Shown here in pieces: positions 7,824 to 17,084 of a stretch of 39,677 nt of DNA. Origin of the DNA: Gemmatimonadales bacterium (GTDB lineage Bacteria > Gemmatimonadota > Gemmatimonadetes > Gemmatimonadales > GWC2-71-9); NCBI GenBank assembly GCA_038321865.1, contig JBBQFH010000030.1, positions 1-39,677 of the forward strand, given 5' to 3'. Position numbers and translations under genes: made by a program. Within the stretch, counting starts at the first letter, position 1; each line of letters starts with the position of its first letter. The notes beneath the pieces are model-generated. The model was not told where the DNA came from, did no database searches, and saw nothing but the letters and a program-made list of their open reading frames with translations.

Positions 7824-9529
7824 CGCCGTGGCCGGTGTACTTCGGCGCGCCGGCTGAGCGGCTCTTCGGATGGGTGCATGCGCCCGAGGCGCCGCATCGA
7901 GGCACCGGTGTCGTGCTCTGCCCGCCGGTCGGGTACGAACATCTCTGTTCCTACACGACGCTGCGGCAGCTCGCAGAGGAACTGGCGGCGGATGGCTTCT
8001 ACGTCCTGCGATTCGACTATCCATGCACCGGTGATTCCGCCGGCGCCTGCGACCGGGTCAGCGTGGCGAGCTGGCTCTCCGGGGTTCGCGCCGCCGTGGA
8101 TGAGCTCCGCCGGGTCGCTTCGCTGGAGCGCATCGCGGTCGTGGGGCTGAGGATGGGAGCAACGCTCGCGGCAACGGCCGCGGCCCGCTGGCCGGGCATC
8201 GACGGGCTGGTGCTGTGGGCACCGTTCCGGTCGGGACGCGCGTTCCGTCGAGAGCTGATCGCGCTGGGCGGCGGCGGCGGCGCGCCGGGAAGCGGCGAGT
8301 CGCTCGCGGAGGCCGGCGGCTTCGCCTATCCGGCCGCGATGCTCGAGGAGTTCGCGTCGATCGATCTCACGGCTCTCGAGCGGGCGCCGGCACCGGCCGT
8401 GCTCATCGTCTGGCGGGATGATCTCAAGCCGGACGCGAAGCTGACAGGCGCACTGGCCGCGACTGGTGCCGTGGTCGACGAGGAGCAGCCGGCCGGTACG
8501 GCACAGCTTGTTCGAGGGGTCTCGTACGAAGTGGACGTGCCGGATGCGGTCCTGGGCAGGATCCGCCGATGGCTCCGGTCGCGCTTTCCCGACCGCACCG
8601 ACGTCCGTGCACCGGTGAGGGGGATCGATTCGCCATGCTGCATGGTACGGCCTGATGTTGTCGAGACGCCGGTACGCTTCGGTGCGGAGGGTCTGTTCGG
8701 AATCATGAGCGAGCCCGCGTCGGGCCGCCGTCAGCGAGACACGGCGCTCGCATTCCTCAATACCGGGGTGGACCACCGGATCGGCACCAGCCGGATGTCC
8801 GTGACGCTGGCTCGCAACTGGGCAGCGCTCGGCTACCGCGTCCTGCGCTTCGACCTAGCCGGGATCGGCGACAGCCCCGCGCCGGCAGGTGGCGGCAAGG
8901 CGGCGCCGTATTCACCGAATGATATCGACCAGGTCCGCTCGGCGGTGACGTTCGTGCACCATCGGGGCGCAGAGCGGGCCGTCGTTGTCGGTCTCTGCTC
9001 GGGGGGGCATACCGCGATGCGTGCGGTTCTCCACGGACTGCCAGTCACCGGGGCCTGCGCCATGAATCCACAGCTCTACTGGCGCACCGGCGATTCGCTC
9101 AGGCTCCAGCTTGAGTCCAACGACCTCCTGCTCGAGGGGCGGCGTGTGCGGCAATCCGCGCGGTCCCGAAAGAAATGGGTGCGCCTGCTCACTGGCCGGA
9201 TCGACGTGAAGGCCACGTGCCGGGTTCTGCTCCGCCATGCGCGGGCCTGGAGCCGCGACCGCGACGCGGTCCGCCGTGCCCGCGAGGCGGTAGCCGACAT
9301 GCGCGCCCTCGGCGCGGCGCCGGTTCCCTCGTTCGTCGTGTTCTCGGAGGGCGACCCCGGGCTCCGCTATCTCCACACCTTCGCGCCCAGAGGCATCGAG
9401 AGTCTTCCAGCTCGATCGTCACTCCGGATCGCGGAACTACCGGGAGCGGATCACACCTTCACCGCCCGGCACTCCCGCGACTCGCTGGAGACGCTCCTGA
9501 CCGAGTATCTCACGGCCGTCCACCCGTAA
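7820..9529 (+). CDS. Fused tandem alpha/beta hydrolase (two domains)
   Basis: Two LRFD..G.GDS-type motifs; elbows GLRMG and GLCSG; C-terminal GADHTF; ATGA overlap with GH2. Confidence 0.85.
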   Translation: MTPWPVYFGAPAERLFGWVHAPEAPHRGTGVVLCPPVGYEHLCSYTTLRQLAEELAADGFYVLRFDYPCTGDSAGACDRVSVASWLSGVRAAVDELRRVASLERIAVVGLRMGATLAATAAARWPGIDGLVLWAPFRSGRAFRRELIALGGGGGAPGSGESLAEAGGFAYPAAMLEEFASIDLTALERAPAPAVLIVWRDDLKPDAKLTGALAATGAVVDEEQPAGTAQLVRGVSYEVDVPDAVLGRIRRWLRSRFPDRTDVRAPVRGIDSPCCMVRPDVVETPVRFGAEGLFGIMSEPASGRRQRDTALAFLNTGVDHRIGTSRMSVTLARNWAALGYRVLRFDLAGIGDSPAPAGGGKAAPYSPNDIDQVRSAVTFVHHRGAERAVVVGLCSGGHTAMRAVLHGLPVTGACAMNPQLYWRTGDSLRLQLESNDLLLEGRRVRQSARSRKKWVRLLTGRIDVKATCRVLLRHARAWSRDRDAVRRAREAVADMRALGAAPVPSFVVFSEGDPGLRYLHTFAPRGIESLPARSSLRIAELPGADHTFTARHSRDSLETLLTEYLTAVHP

Positions 9530-9589
9530 CGGATTGCCCGGGCTGACCTGCGTGGCCACCTTAGGGTGTCTACCAGCAGCGGAGAGACC

Positions 9590-10072
9590 ATGCAGACCGA
9601 GCTCGCGACCTTTGGCGCCGGGTGTTTCTGGGGCGTCGAGGCCACCTTTCGCCAGATTGAGGGCGTGACCGATGTCGCGTCGGGCTACAGCGGCGGCAGC
9701 ATGCCCAATCCCACGTACGAGGACGTCTGTTCCGACCGCACCGGCCACGCCGAGGTGGTGCAGGTGACGTTCGACCCGTCGCGGGTGTCGTACGAGCGGC
9801 TGGTCGATGTCTTTTTCGCCAGCCACGACCCCACCCAGCGCGACCGGCAGGGTCCTGACGTCGGCCGGCAGTACCGGTCGGCGATCTTTTTCCACGGGGA
9901 GAAGCAGCAGCAGCTTGCCGAGGCGGCGAAAGCCAAGTGGGACGCGAGCGGGCGGTGGAAACGGCCCATCGTCACTGAGATCTCCCCGGCCGCCCCCTTC
10001 TGGCGCGCGGAGGAGTATCACCAGCGCTACCTCGAGAAGCGGGGCCTGGCGAGCTGTCACGTGCCGGGGTAG
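9590..10072 (+). CDS. msrA: Peptide-methionine (S)-S-oxide reductase
   Basis: [25 protein letters not shown] and [15 protein letters not shown] before ATG 9590. Confidence 0.96.
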   Translation: MQTELATFGAGCFWGVEATFRQIEGVTDVASGYSGGSMPNPTYEDVCSDRTGHAEVVQVTFDPSRVSYERLVDVFFASHDPTQRDRQGPDVGRQYRSAIFFHGEKQQQLAEAAKAKWDASGRWKRPIVTEISPAAPFWRAEEYHQRYLEKRGLASCHVPG

Positions 10073-10095
10073 TCCGCCCGTCTCAAGCCGACCTG

Positions 10096-11172
10096 CTACT
10101 GATACTGGATGTACAACGGCGCAGGCCGGAGCTTCAGCACTTCGCGTGGCGTGAGCATCGGCTTGTCGTTCTTGTAGAACAGCTTGAACCCGGTGTACCA
10201 GACCGGGTCCCGCAGGATGACCGCTTTCCAGGTGCCGCGCTTGAGCTGCGGCGATCCGAATCCATCCATGTCGATCACCACCTGCGCCCGCGGGTCGTGC
10301 CGGATCTTCGACGCGTTGGTCAGCATTTTCGTGGTAAAGCGATGCACCAGCATGATCTTGGGCGGCAGGTGTCCCTCGTCCACGACTTTCGTGAGCGAGT
10401 CGATCGCCTCGTTGATCTCGGCCGCGTCCATGGTACCGATGCGCTTGCCCGGCTTGGCCCCGCCCTTCATGGCGAACTCCGGGTCGAGCGCCAGGTGCAC
10501 GTAGGGTCGCCGGAGGTAGGGCATCACGTGCGGCAGCTCGGCGTGCACCGTGCTCTGGCCCACCTGAATGTCCAGGAACAGCAGCCAGCTCCGCTCCTCC
10601 GCCCACCGCGCCACCTTCTCGATCAGGCTGTCACTCATCCGGAGACGATGCTTCCCGTCGCGGCCCGGGCTGCCCTGCGCCACCGTCACGATGAGGTGCA
10701 GTGCCGGCATGACGGTCGTCGTGCTGTCGGCGGCCGCCCATTCCTTCGCGGTGCGCTCGAGCTTGGCCAGCATCTGGTCGGGCGGCAGCTCACCCAGGAT
10801 GCCCATGCGCTTCGACAGGGGATTCCCGTAGAACGCGATGATGCGGTGGGTCGGCAGCATGGCACCGGGCAGCGGTGCGGGCCGGTTCGTCGGCCAGACC
10901 ACGCTGTCGGCCAGGGCACGGGCCCGCGCGCGACGGCCGGCCGCGGTGGTGTCCTTCGCGGTGGTGTCGTTGCGGGTGCTGTGCTGTGTCGTATCGCGGC
11001 GGACCCGGGTCGTGTCGGTGTCGGGACGCGCGACGACGCTGGCCTCGACCGAGTGGGCGACGGAGTCCGCCGCCGGCGATCCGGTGGGTCGAGCCGGACG
11101 ATCCTGCCCGCACGCGCTCAACGCGAGGAGCACCGCCGGCAGGGTCAGGACTGCGGGAACATGAGTACGCAT
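10096..11172 (-). CDS. Conserved hypothetical lipoprotein
   Basis: Lipobox LSAC, Asp/Thr-rich linker, then a globular domain (IIAFYGNP..RMGILGE, HLALDPEF, DMDGFG, GFKLFY). Confidence 0.8.
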   Translation of the reverse strand: MRTHVPAVLTLPAVLLALSACGQDRPARPTGSPAADSVAHSVEASVVARPDTDTTRVRRDTTQHSTRNDTTAKDTTAAGRRARARALADSVVWPTNRPAPLPGAMLPTHRIIAFYGNPLSKRMGILGELPPDQMLAKLERTAKEWAAADSTTTVMPALHLIVTVAQGSPGRDGKHRLRMSDSLIEKVARWAEERSWLLFLDIQVGQSTVHAELPHVMPYLRRPYVHLALDPEFAMKGGAKPGKRIGTMDAAEINEAIDSLTKVVDEGHLPPKIMLVHRFTTKMLTNASKIRHDPRAQVVIDMDGFGSPQLKRGTWKAVILRDPVWYTGFKLFYKNDKPMLTPREVLKLRPAPLYIQYQ

Positions 11173-11267
11173 GGGATCCTGGAATGAGCGGGACGCAGCG
11201 GAACGGGGAGTCTCGCAGAGTTGGACCCTCAGCACAACCCTGCGGCCGGCCCCGCTAGGTTATACCC

Positions 11268-13166
11268 ATGGCACTCGTCAGTCTGCAGGATATTCATCTC
11301 GCCCTCGGCGGGCCGGCGCTGCTCGACGGCGTGCGTCTCCAGATCGAGCGCGGCGAGCGGATCTGCCTCCTCGGCCGCAACGGCGCGGGCAAGTCCACGC
11401 TCATGAAGCTGATCGCCGGCGAGATCACGCCCAATCGCGGCGAAGTCGTCCGGCAGCAGGGAATCACCATCGCCCGGCTGGCGCAGGAGATCCCCGACGG
11501 ACTCCGCGGGCCGTCATTCGACGTCGTGGCCGAAGGGCTCGGCGAGCTCGGCGCCCTCCTCGCCGCGTACCATGATGTGGGGCACCAGCTCGCCACCGAC
11601 ACCAACCCGGCGCTGATGGGCCAGCTCGACCGGCTGCACCACGAGCTCGACGTGCGGGGCGGCTGGGAGGTGCAGCGGCAGGTGGAGACGGTGCTCTCAC
11701 ACCTGTCGCTCGATCCGGAGGCGGAGTTTTCCTCCCTCTCGGGCGGGCGGAAGCGGCAGGTGCTGCTGTCGCGCGCCCTGGTGAGCGCGCCCGATCTGCT
11801 GCTTCTCGACGAGCCGACCAATCACATGGACGTGGACGCGATCGCGTGGCTGGAGGACTTCCTCCTGGCCCAGTCGAGTACCCTCCTCTTCGTGACTCAC
11901 GACCGCGCCTTCCTCCGCCGCGTGGCGACCCGCATCGTCGAGCTCGATCGCGGCCGCATGGTGGACTGGGCCTGCGACTACGACACCTTCCTGGAGCGGA
12001 AGCAGGCGGTGCTCGACGCCGAGGAGAAGCAATGGGCCGACTTCGACAAGAAGCTCGCGCAGGAGGACGTGTGGATCCGCCAGGGCATTCAGGCCCGGCG
12101 CACCCGGAACGAAGGGCGAGTGCGAGCGCTCGAGTCCATGCGGCGGGAACGGAGCGCACGGCGGGAGCGCACCGGCACTGCCCGGTTGCAGATCCAGGAG
12201 GCGGAGCGCTCGGGCAGGCTGGTCGTCGAAGCCCGGAACGTGCACTTCGCCTACGGCGACCGCCCGATCGTCCGCGACTTCTCCACCACCATCATGCGGG
12301 GCGACAAGATCGGGATCATCGGGCCCAACGGCTCGGGAAAGACCACGCTCCTTCGCCTGCTGCTCGGCGAGCTCCCGCCGCAGAGCGGCGAGATCCGTTC
12401 CGGTACTCGCCTGGAAGTGGCCTACTTCGACCAGCTCCGCGAGCAGCTCGACGAAGAGCGGAGCGTGCAGGACAACGTGGCGGACGGCGCCGATCATGTG
12501 GTCGTCCATGGCATGCGCCGCCACGTCCTCGGCTACCTGCAGGACTTTCTTTTTTCCGCCGAACGCGCGCGGACGCCGGTGCGCGTGCTCTCCGGCGGCG
12601 AGCGTAACCGGCTGCTGCTGGCACGCCTCTTCACCCGGTCATTCAATCTGCTGGTGATGGACGAGCCGACCAACGATCTGGACGCGGAGACCCTCGAGCT
12701 GCTCGAAGGCCTGCTCGTCGCATTCGACGGCACGCTGCTGCTGGTGAGCCACGACCGTTCGTTCCTGGACGATGTGGTCACCAGCACGCTGGTGCTCGAG
12801 GGGAACGGCCGGATCGGCGAGTATGTGGGCGGCTACGAGGACTGGCGGCGCCAGCGCGGCGCGGCAATCGCGCGGGCGGAGAAGCCGGCGCGTGCCGAGC
12901 CGGCCAGGTCGGCGGTGAAGACGAAGGCCGCGCCGCCACGCCGCAAGCTGAGCTTCAAGGAGCAGCAGGAGCTGGCCGGGCTGCCGGACCGGATCGAGCG
13001 GCTGGAGACCGAGCAGCGGGAGCTCCAGGCCGCGCTCGCCGACCCCTCGCTGTATCGCGGCACCGGCCGCTCGATCATCGAGACCCGGGCGCGGCTCGCC
13101 GAAATCGAGCGGCAGCTCGCCGACGCGTTCGCACGGTGGGAGGCGCTGGCGGAGCAAAGTGCCTGA
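11268..13166 (+). CDS. uup: ABC-F family ATPase, Uup-like
   Basis: Two NBDs (GRNGAGKST/LSGG/LLLLDEPTN and GPNGSGKTT/LSGGE/MDEPTN); IQARRTRNEGRVRAL linker; KLSFKEQQEL C-terminal coiled coil; no TM segments. Confidence 0.9.
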   Translation: MALVSLQDIHLALGGPALLDGVRLQIERGERICLLGRNGAGKSTLMKLIAGEITPNRGEVVRQQGITIARLAQEIPDGLRGPSFDVVAEGLGELGALLAAYHDVGHQLATDTNPALMGQLDRLHHELDVRGGWEVQRQVETVLSHLSLDPEAEFSSLSGGRKRQVLLSRALVSAPDLLLLDEPTNHMDVDAIAWLEDFLLAQSSTLLFVTHDRAFLRRVATRIVELDRGRMVDWACDYDTFLERKQAVLDAEEKQWADFDKKLAQEDVWIRQGIQARRTRNEGRVRALESMRRERSARRERTGTARLQIQEAERSGRLVVEARNVHFAYGDRPIVRDFSTTIMRGDKIGIIGPNGSGKTTLLRLLLGELPPQSGEIRSGTRLEVAYFDQLREQLDEERSVQDNVADGADHVVVHGMRRHVLGYLQDFLFSAERARTPVRVLSGGERNRLLLARLFTRSFNLLVMDEPTNDLDAETLELLEGLLVAFDGTLLLVSHDRSFLDDVVTSTLVLEGNGRIGEYVGGYEDWRRQRGAAIARAEKPARAEPARSAVKTKAAPPRRKLSFKEQQELAGLPDRIERLETEQRELQAALADPSLYRGTGRSIIETRARLAEIERQLADAFARWEALAEQSA

Positions 13167-15800
13167 TCAGAGCCCCAGCCAGTAGCTCGCCTTGATGGCG
13201 AAGACATTATCACCGTGGGCGTCGAAGAGCGCGCCCACGTCCCGCCCGAACCGGAAATCGCCCACGTCCGTCTGACCCTGCCGTGCCTGCTGCCACACCA
13301 GAAACAGCGTTGAGCCGGCGTGCCATTCCCACCGGAGCACCGCGTTGGCTCTGAGCGAGCGGAAATTGAAATCGGGGTTTCCCACGGCGAACGTCGCGCC
13401 GCCGTCGCCAGGGTCGATCTGCGATCCTCCGCCCGCCGTGGGCGTGACGCTGCCGCGGTCGATTCCATAGACGGCGAACCGGTACGTGCGCGGTGCCGCC
13501 AGCTCCTTGATGTTCGAGTAGTCGCCGGCGGAGATGAGCGGCTGCGCGTAGAGCTGGAGACTGAGCTTGGGCGTGAACGTCCAGTAGACCCGCAGATCGA
13601 GCGACACTTCCGTCTGGTCGAGCGTGCCGAAGACGTAGCGCGTGCCGTAGGTCGCGGTCGCGGCGGGGTCCGCCACGGCCGTGACGTATTGCGACAGCGT
13701 GTGGTTCTTCGTGATGCTTGGCCCCAGGCTGATGCGCGCCGCGGCGGTCGGCCGGAAGCTGATTGACCCGCCGAGGTTGGTGTTGCGTTCGCCGGCGGTG
13801 GTCCAGGAATGAAACACGTTTGCGCTCAGCCGGGTGGTGCGGCGGGAATCCGAGCTGATCTGGGCCGAGAAGTCCCGTGTGGGCGGCTGCCCCGCGACGG
13901 GTCCTCCGCGGGTGAGCCGGTCGTCGAAGGAGGCCGGCGCGAAGTCGCCTCTGAGGAAATAGCCCCAGAAATTCCGCAGCGTGCCCTGCAGGATGAGGCC
14001 GTACGAGCCAAAGACCAGGTCGCCATCGAAGTTCCAGGCGTGATTAGTGAACGGGTAGATCTGAAAGTTTCTCAGATACCGGCCCGGTGTGTTCTCCTGG
14101 TAGATCAACGCGGTCGACACGGCGCGCCGGTCGGCGTTCGACTCGAAGCCGAGATCGTTGGACTCGAACGAGGGACTGGTTTCCTGATAAACCAGCCCGC
14201 CGAGCCAGTGGCCGCCGCCGTTTCGGGCGAGCGCCATCTGGAAGGCATGCCCCGAGAGCGACTCGCGGGTCGGATCGTAGGTGAAGCTCGTCGCGTCCGG
14301 GCGCTGGTAGTAGCGCGCGCTCGACTGCTGGGTCAGCGCGATGGACGAGGCGCTGCCGCGCACCGTGCTCATCGCCACCGCGCCGTCCAGCGACCAGTTG
14401 CGGTTGCTCCACGAGTGATTGAAATCGAGACCGCCAAGGTAGCCTTGGCCGCGGAGCTGCGAGGCGAGCGTGGGATCCGACAGGTCGCGGTTCACGGCGG
14501 TAGTCATCAGGCCGACAGTCGTATTGCCGCCCTGCAGGTCCTTCCGGACCCGGCCGACGAAGTAGTTGGTGAGCGGCTCGATCGGGGTTTCCTGCGCCAC
14601 GCCTCCGCCGTCGAGATACTGCGCCTGCTCCTCCGCGGTGACGGCGTCGATCACGCCGACCGACCAGCCACCGCGGGTCCGTCCGCTCAGCTTGGTCGCG
14701 GCGCGGATCGAGGTCTCGGTCGGTGCATCCACGAAGTCGAACCCGGCGCCTCCGATGCTGCGCTGCGGCTGCCGGCCGATGCGCCGGGAAAAGAAGAAGC
14801 GGGGGAAGCCGAAGCTGTTGAACGCGCGGATGCCGCCGAAGCGGAACACATCGGCGCCTTCAACGAAGAACGGGCGCTTCTCCGGAAAGAAGGTCTCGAA
14901 GGCCGACAGGTTGACCACGGCCGGGTCCACCTCGACCTGCCCGAAATCGGGGTTGATCGTCGCGTCGAGGGTGAGATCGCTGGTGAGGCCATACTTGAGG
15001 TCGAGGCCGGCGCTGCCGTTATAGTCGTGTCCGCTCTGGAACGGATCGCCCGGCCGCGCCTGCGTGTAGGCCGCCCGTGCCAGCGTGTAGGGCCGCAGTT
15101 CGAGCAGCCGCTCTGCCTTGAGTGTGCCGAGCCCGGTCAGGTGGCCGTAGCGGTTGACGCCCTGCGCCTCGTTCTTGGGCACCAAGGAGAACCAGTCGTC
15201 CTCGCCTTTCCGCAGGATCTGTCGGTGAAGCTGGATGCCCCACCGGCCGTCAAGCGTCGAGTTGTAGCGGAGCTGGGCCAGCGGAATGCGCAGCTCGGCC
15301 GTCCAGCCGAGGGAGTCGACGCGGGCGGCGTACTCCCAGACCGGATCCCAGGAGACATCGTCCCCGCTGCCCTGCGCGCTGGAGCCGAGCACCGCGTCCT
15401 CGATCGCGCCGGCGGGCGTGATGCGGAACCGGACGGCGCTCAGGTGATCGTGATAGGAATCGAGGAACACTTCGAAATAGTCGGATTCGACGTCCTCGTC
15501 GCGCCGGCCGAGCGTCGCGCGGATCTTCCGCGGCTCGCGATCGTACAACCGGGCGCCGATGTAGAGCGCGTGCTCGTCAATCAGCACTCGCACCTCGGTT
15601 CGCTCGCTCGCCGGCTTGCCCTCGGCCGGGTCGGTCTGGGTGAAGCGGTCGGCGATGCCTGAGGCCAGCCAGTCGGACTCATCGAGCCGGGCGTCGATCC
15701 GCATCGGGCCCTTGACGAGGCCGGCGCGAAGCTCGGGGGCGGCGGCGTGGGCCGGCGTCTGCGTCAGAAGGGCGAACAGGGCGCCGGCCAGCAACGACAT
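13167..15800 (-). CDS. CBM9-like + DUF5916 outer-membrane protein
   Basis: Signal peptide; IDARLDESDW, GWTAELRIP, TINPDFGQVEVDP, FFPEKRPFF, FFSRRIG; aromatic C-terminus KASYWLGL. Confidence 0.85.
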   Translation of the reverse strand: MSLLAGALFALLTQTPAHAAAPELRAGLVKGPMRIDARLDESDWLASGIADRFTQTDPAEGKPASERTEVRVLIDEHALYIGARLYDREPRKIRATLGRRDEDVESDYFEVFLDSYHDHLSAVRFRITPAGAIEDAVLGSSAQGSGDDVSWDPVWEYAARVDSLGWTAELRIPLAQLRYNSTLDGRWGIQLHRQILRKGEDDWFSLVPKNEAQGVNRYGHLTGLGTLKAERLLELRPYTLARAAYTQARPGDPFQSGHDYNGSAGLDLKYGLTSDLTLDATINPDFGQVEVDPAVVNLSAFETFFPEKRPFFVEGADVFRFGGIRAFNSFGFPRFFFSRRIGRQPQRSIGGAGFDFVDAPTETSIRAATKLSGRTRGGWSVGVIDAVTAEEQAQYLDGGGVAQETPIEPLTNYFVGRVRKDLQGGNTTVGLMTTAVNRDLSDPTLASQLRGQGYLGGLDFNHSWSNRNWSLDGAVAMSTVRGSASSIALTQQSSARYYQRPDATSFTYDPTRESLSGHAFQMALARNGGGHWLGGLVYQETSPSFESNDLGFESNADRRAVSTALIYQENTPGRYLRNFQIYPFTNHAWNFDGDLVFGSYGLILQGTLRNFWGYFLRGDFAPASFDDRLTRGGPVAGQPPTRDFSAQISSDSRRTTRLSANVFHSWTTAGERNTNLGGSISFRPTAAARISLGPSITKNHTLSQYVTAVADPAATATYGTRYVFGTLDQTEVSLDLRVYWTFTPKLSLQLYAQPLISAGDYSNIKELAAPRTYRFAVYGIDRGSVTPTAGGGSQIDPGDGGATFAVGNPDFNFRSLRANAVLRWEWHAGSTLFLVWQQARQGQTDVGDFRFGRDVGALFDAHGDNVFAIKASYWLGL

Positions 15801-15934
15801 GGGGGCATGCTCCGGAAAGAAAGGGCGAGGCGTACCGGATCATTGGACGGGTGCGAGCGCGAAAAGGTTTCCGCAACCCAACACGGTCCCGGTGCATCTA
15901 TCCCTCCGTGCCCCCCAACCGTTCGAGGAAACTC

Positions 15935-17080
15935 ATGATCCGGCTGCCTTCCGTTGTCGCGGCCCTGCTGGCTGGCCCGCTCGTGCTCTCGGTGCTCGCC
16001 GTCGACCCTCCGACGATTCGCTTGACGAAGCCGCTGGCTGAGTTTCCCGAAACATTCGATCACATGAACGGCGTCACCGAGCTCCGTGACGGGCGCGTGG
16101 TGGTCACCGACTTCGAGGGCCCGAGCATCCAGCTAGTCGATTTCTCGCGAGGCAGTCAGCTCGCGGTCGGCCGCAGGGGTGCCGGGCCCAAGGAGTACAT
16201 GCTGCCGGATCGACCGATGACCGGCGCGGGGGATTCGGTCCTCGTGCCGGACGTGGGCCAGAACCGTTTTCTGCGGCTGGCGCCGGACGGGACGGTCAGC
16301 GGCTCGTTCCCATTTCCGGCGGCGTCGGGCACGGGCGGGCAGTTTCGTGGCGCCGACCGGCAGGGCCGGCTGTACTACCTCGGGAGCCGCTATGGGCAGA
16401 GTGACGGCCCCCGGCGAACGAAGTCGATCGAGGCGGCCCTTGCCGGCGCCGCCGACTCGGCACCACTGCTCCGGTGGGACCGCGCGCGCAACCGCATCGA
16501 TACACTGGCGATGGTCGGCATGGCCCCGCTGGCGAAGCCGGCCGCGGGGGGCAGCGCCGGACACCGGATCATCATGTCACGTCCGCAGCCGTTCGCCCGG
16601 CAGGACGACTGGGCCGTCACGCCGGACGGGCGCGTCGCCATCCTTCGCGCCAGCGATTATCACGTCGACTGGGTCGGAACCGACGGGCGGCGCAGCCGCG
16701 GCGCGGCCAACCCGTACGCCCACGAACGCGTGACCCGCGCCGACAAGGAGCGCATTCTCAAGCCGGCACAGGCGATGACGTCGGGCGGCGGCAAGTTCAC
16801 GGTCGCCGCCGCGAGTGAGGGAGATTTCACCTGGCCTGAATTCAAGCCACCGTTCGTGCCGCAATTCACCCTGGCGACGCCCGAGGGCCGGGTCTGGGTC
16901 CAGCGGTCCGTGGCGGAAGGGGCGGAGCCGATGTACGACGAGCTGGATGAGCGGGGCCAGGTGATCCGTCGTTTCGTCCTCGCCAGGGGCAGCCGCGTCG
17001 TGGGGTTCGGGAAGGGTGTCGTGTACGTGACACGGAGTGACGAGGACGACCTGCTCCACCTGCAGCGATTTCCCCGCTGA
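15935..17080 (+). CDS. Secreted beta-propeller protein (6-bladed/NHL-like)
   Basis: GAGG RBS before ATG 15935; signal peptide; ELRDGRVVVTD, VGRRGAGPKEY, DDWAVTPDGRVA. Confidence 0.7.
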   Translation: MIRLPSVVAALLAGPLVLSVLAVDPPTIRLTKPLAEFPETFDHMNGVTELRDGRVVVTDFEGPSIQLVDFSRGSQLAVGRRGAGPKEYMLPDRPMTGAGDSVLVPDVGQNRFLRLAPDGTVSGSFPFPAASGTGGQFRGADRQGRLYYLGSRYGQSDGPRRTKSIEAALAGAADSAPLLRWDRARNRIDTLAMVGMAPLAKPAAGGSAGHRIIMSRPQPFARQDDWAVTPDGRVAILRASDYHVDWVGTDGRRSRGAANPYAHERVTRADKERILKPAQAMTSGGGKFTVAAASEGDFTWPEFKPPFVPQFTLATPEGRVWVQRSVAEGAEPMYDELDERGQVIRRFVLARGSRVVGFGKGVVYVTRSDEDDLLHLQRFPR

Positions 17081-17084
17081 CGAG

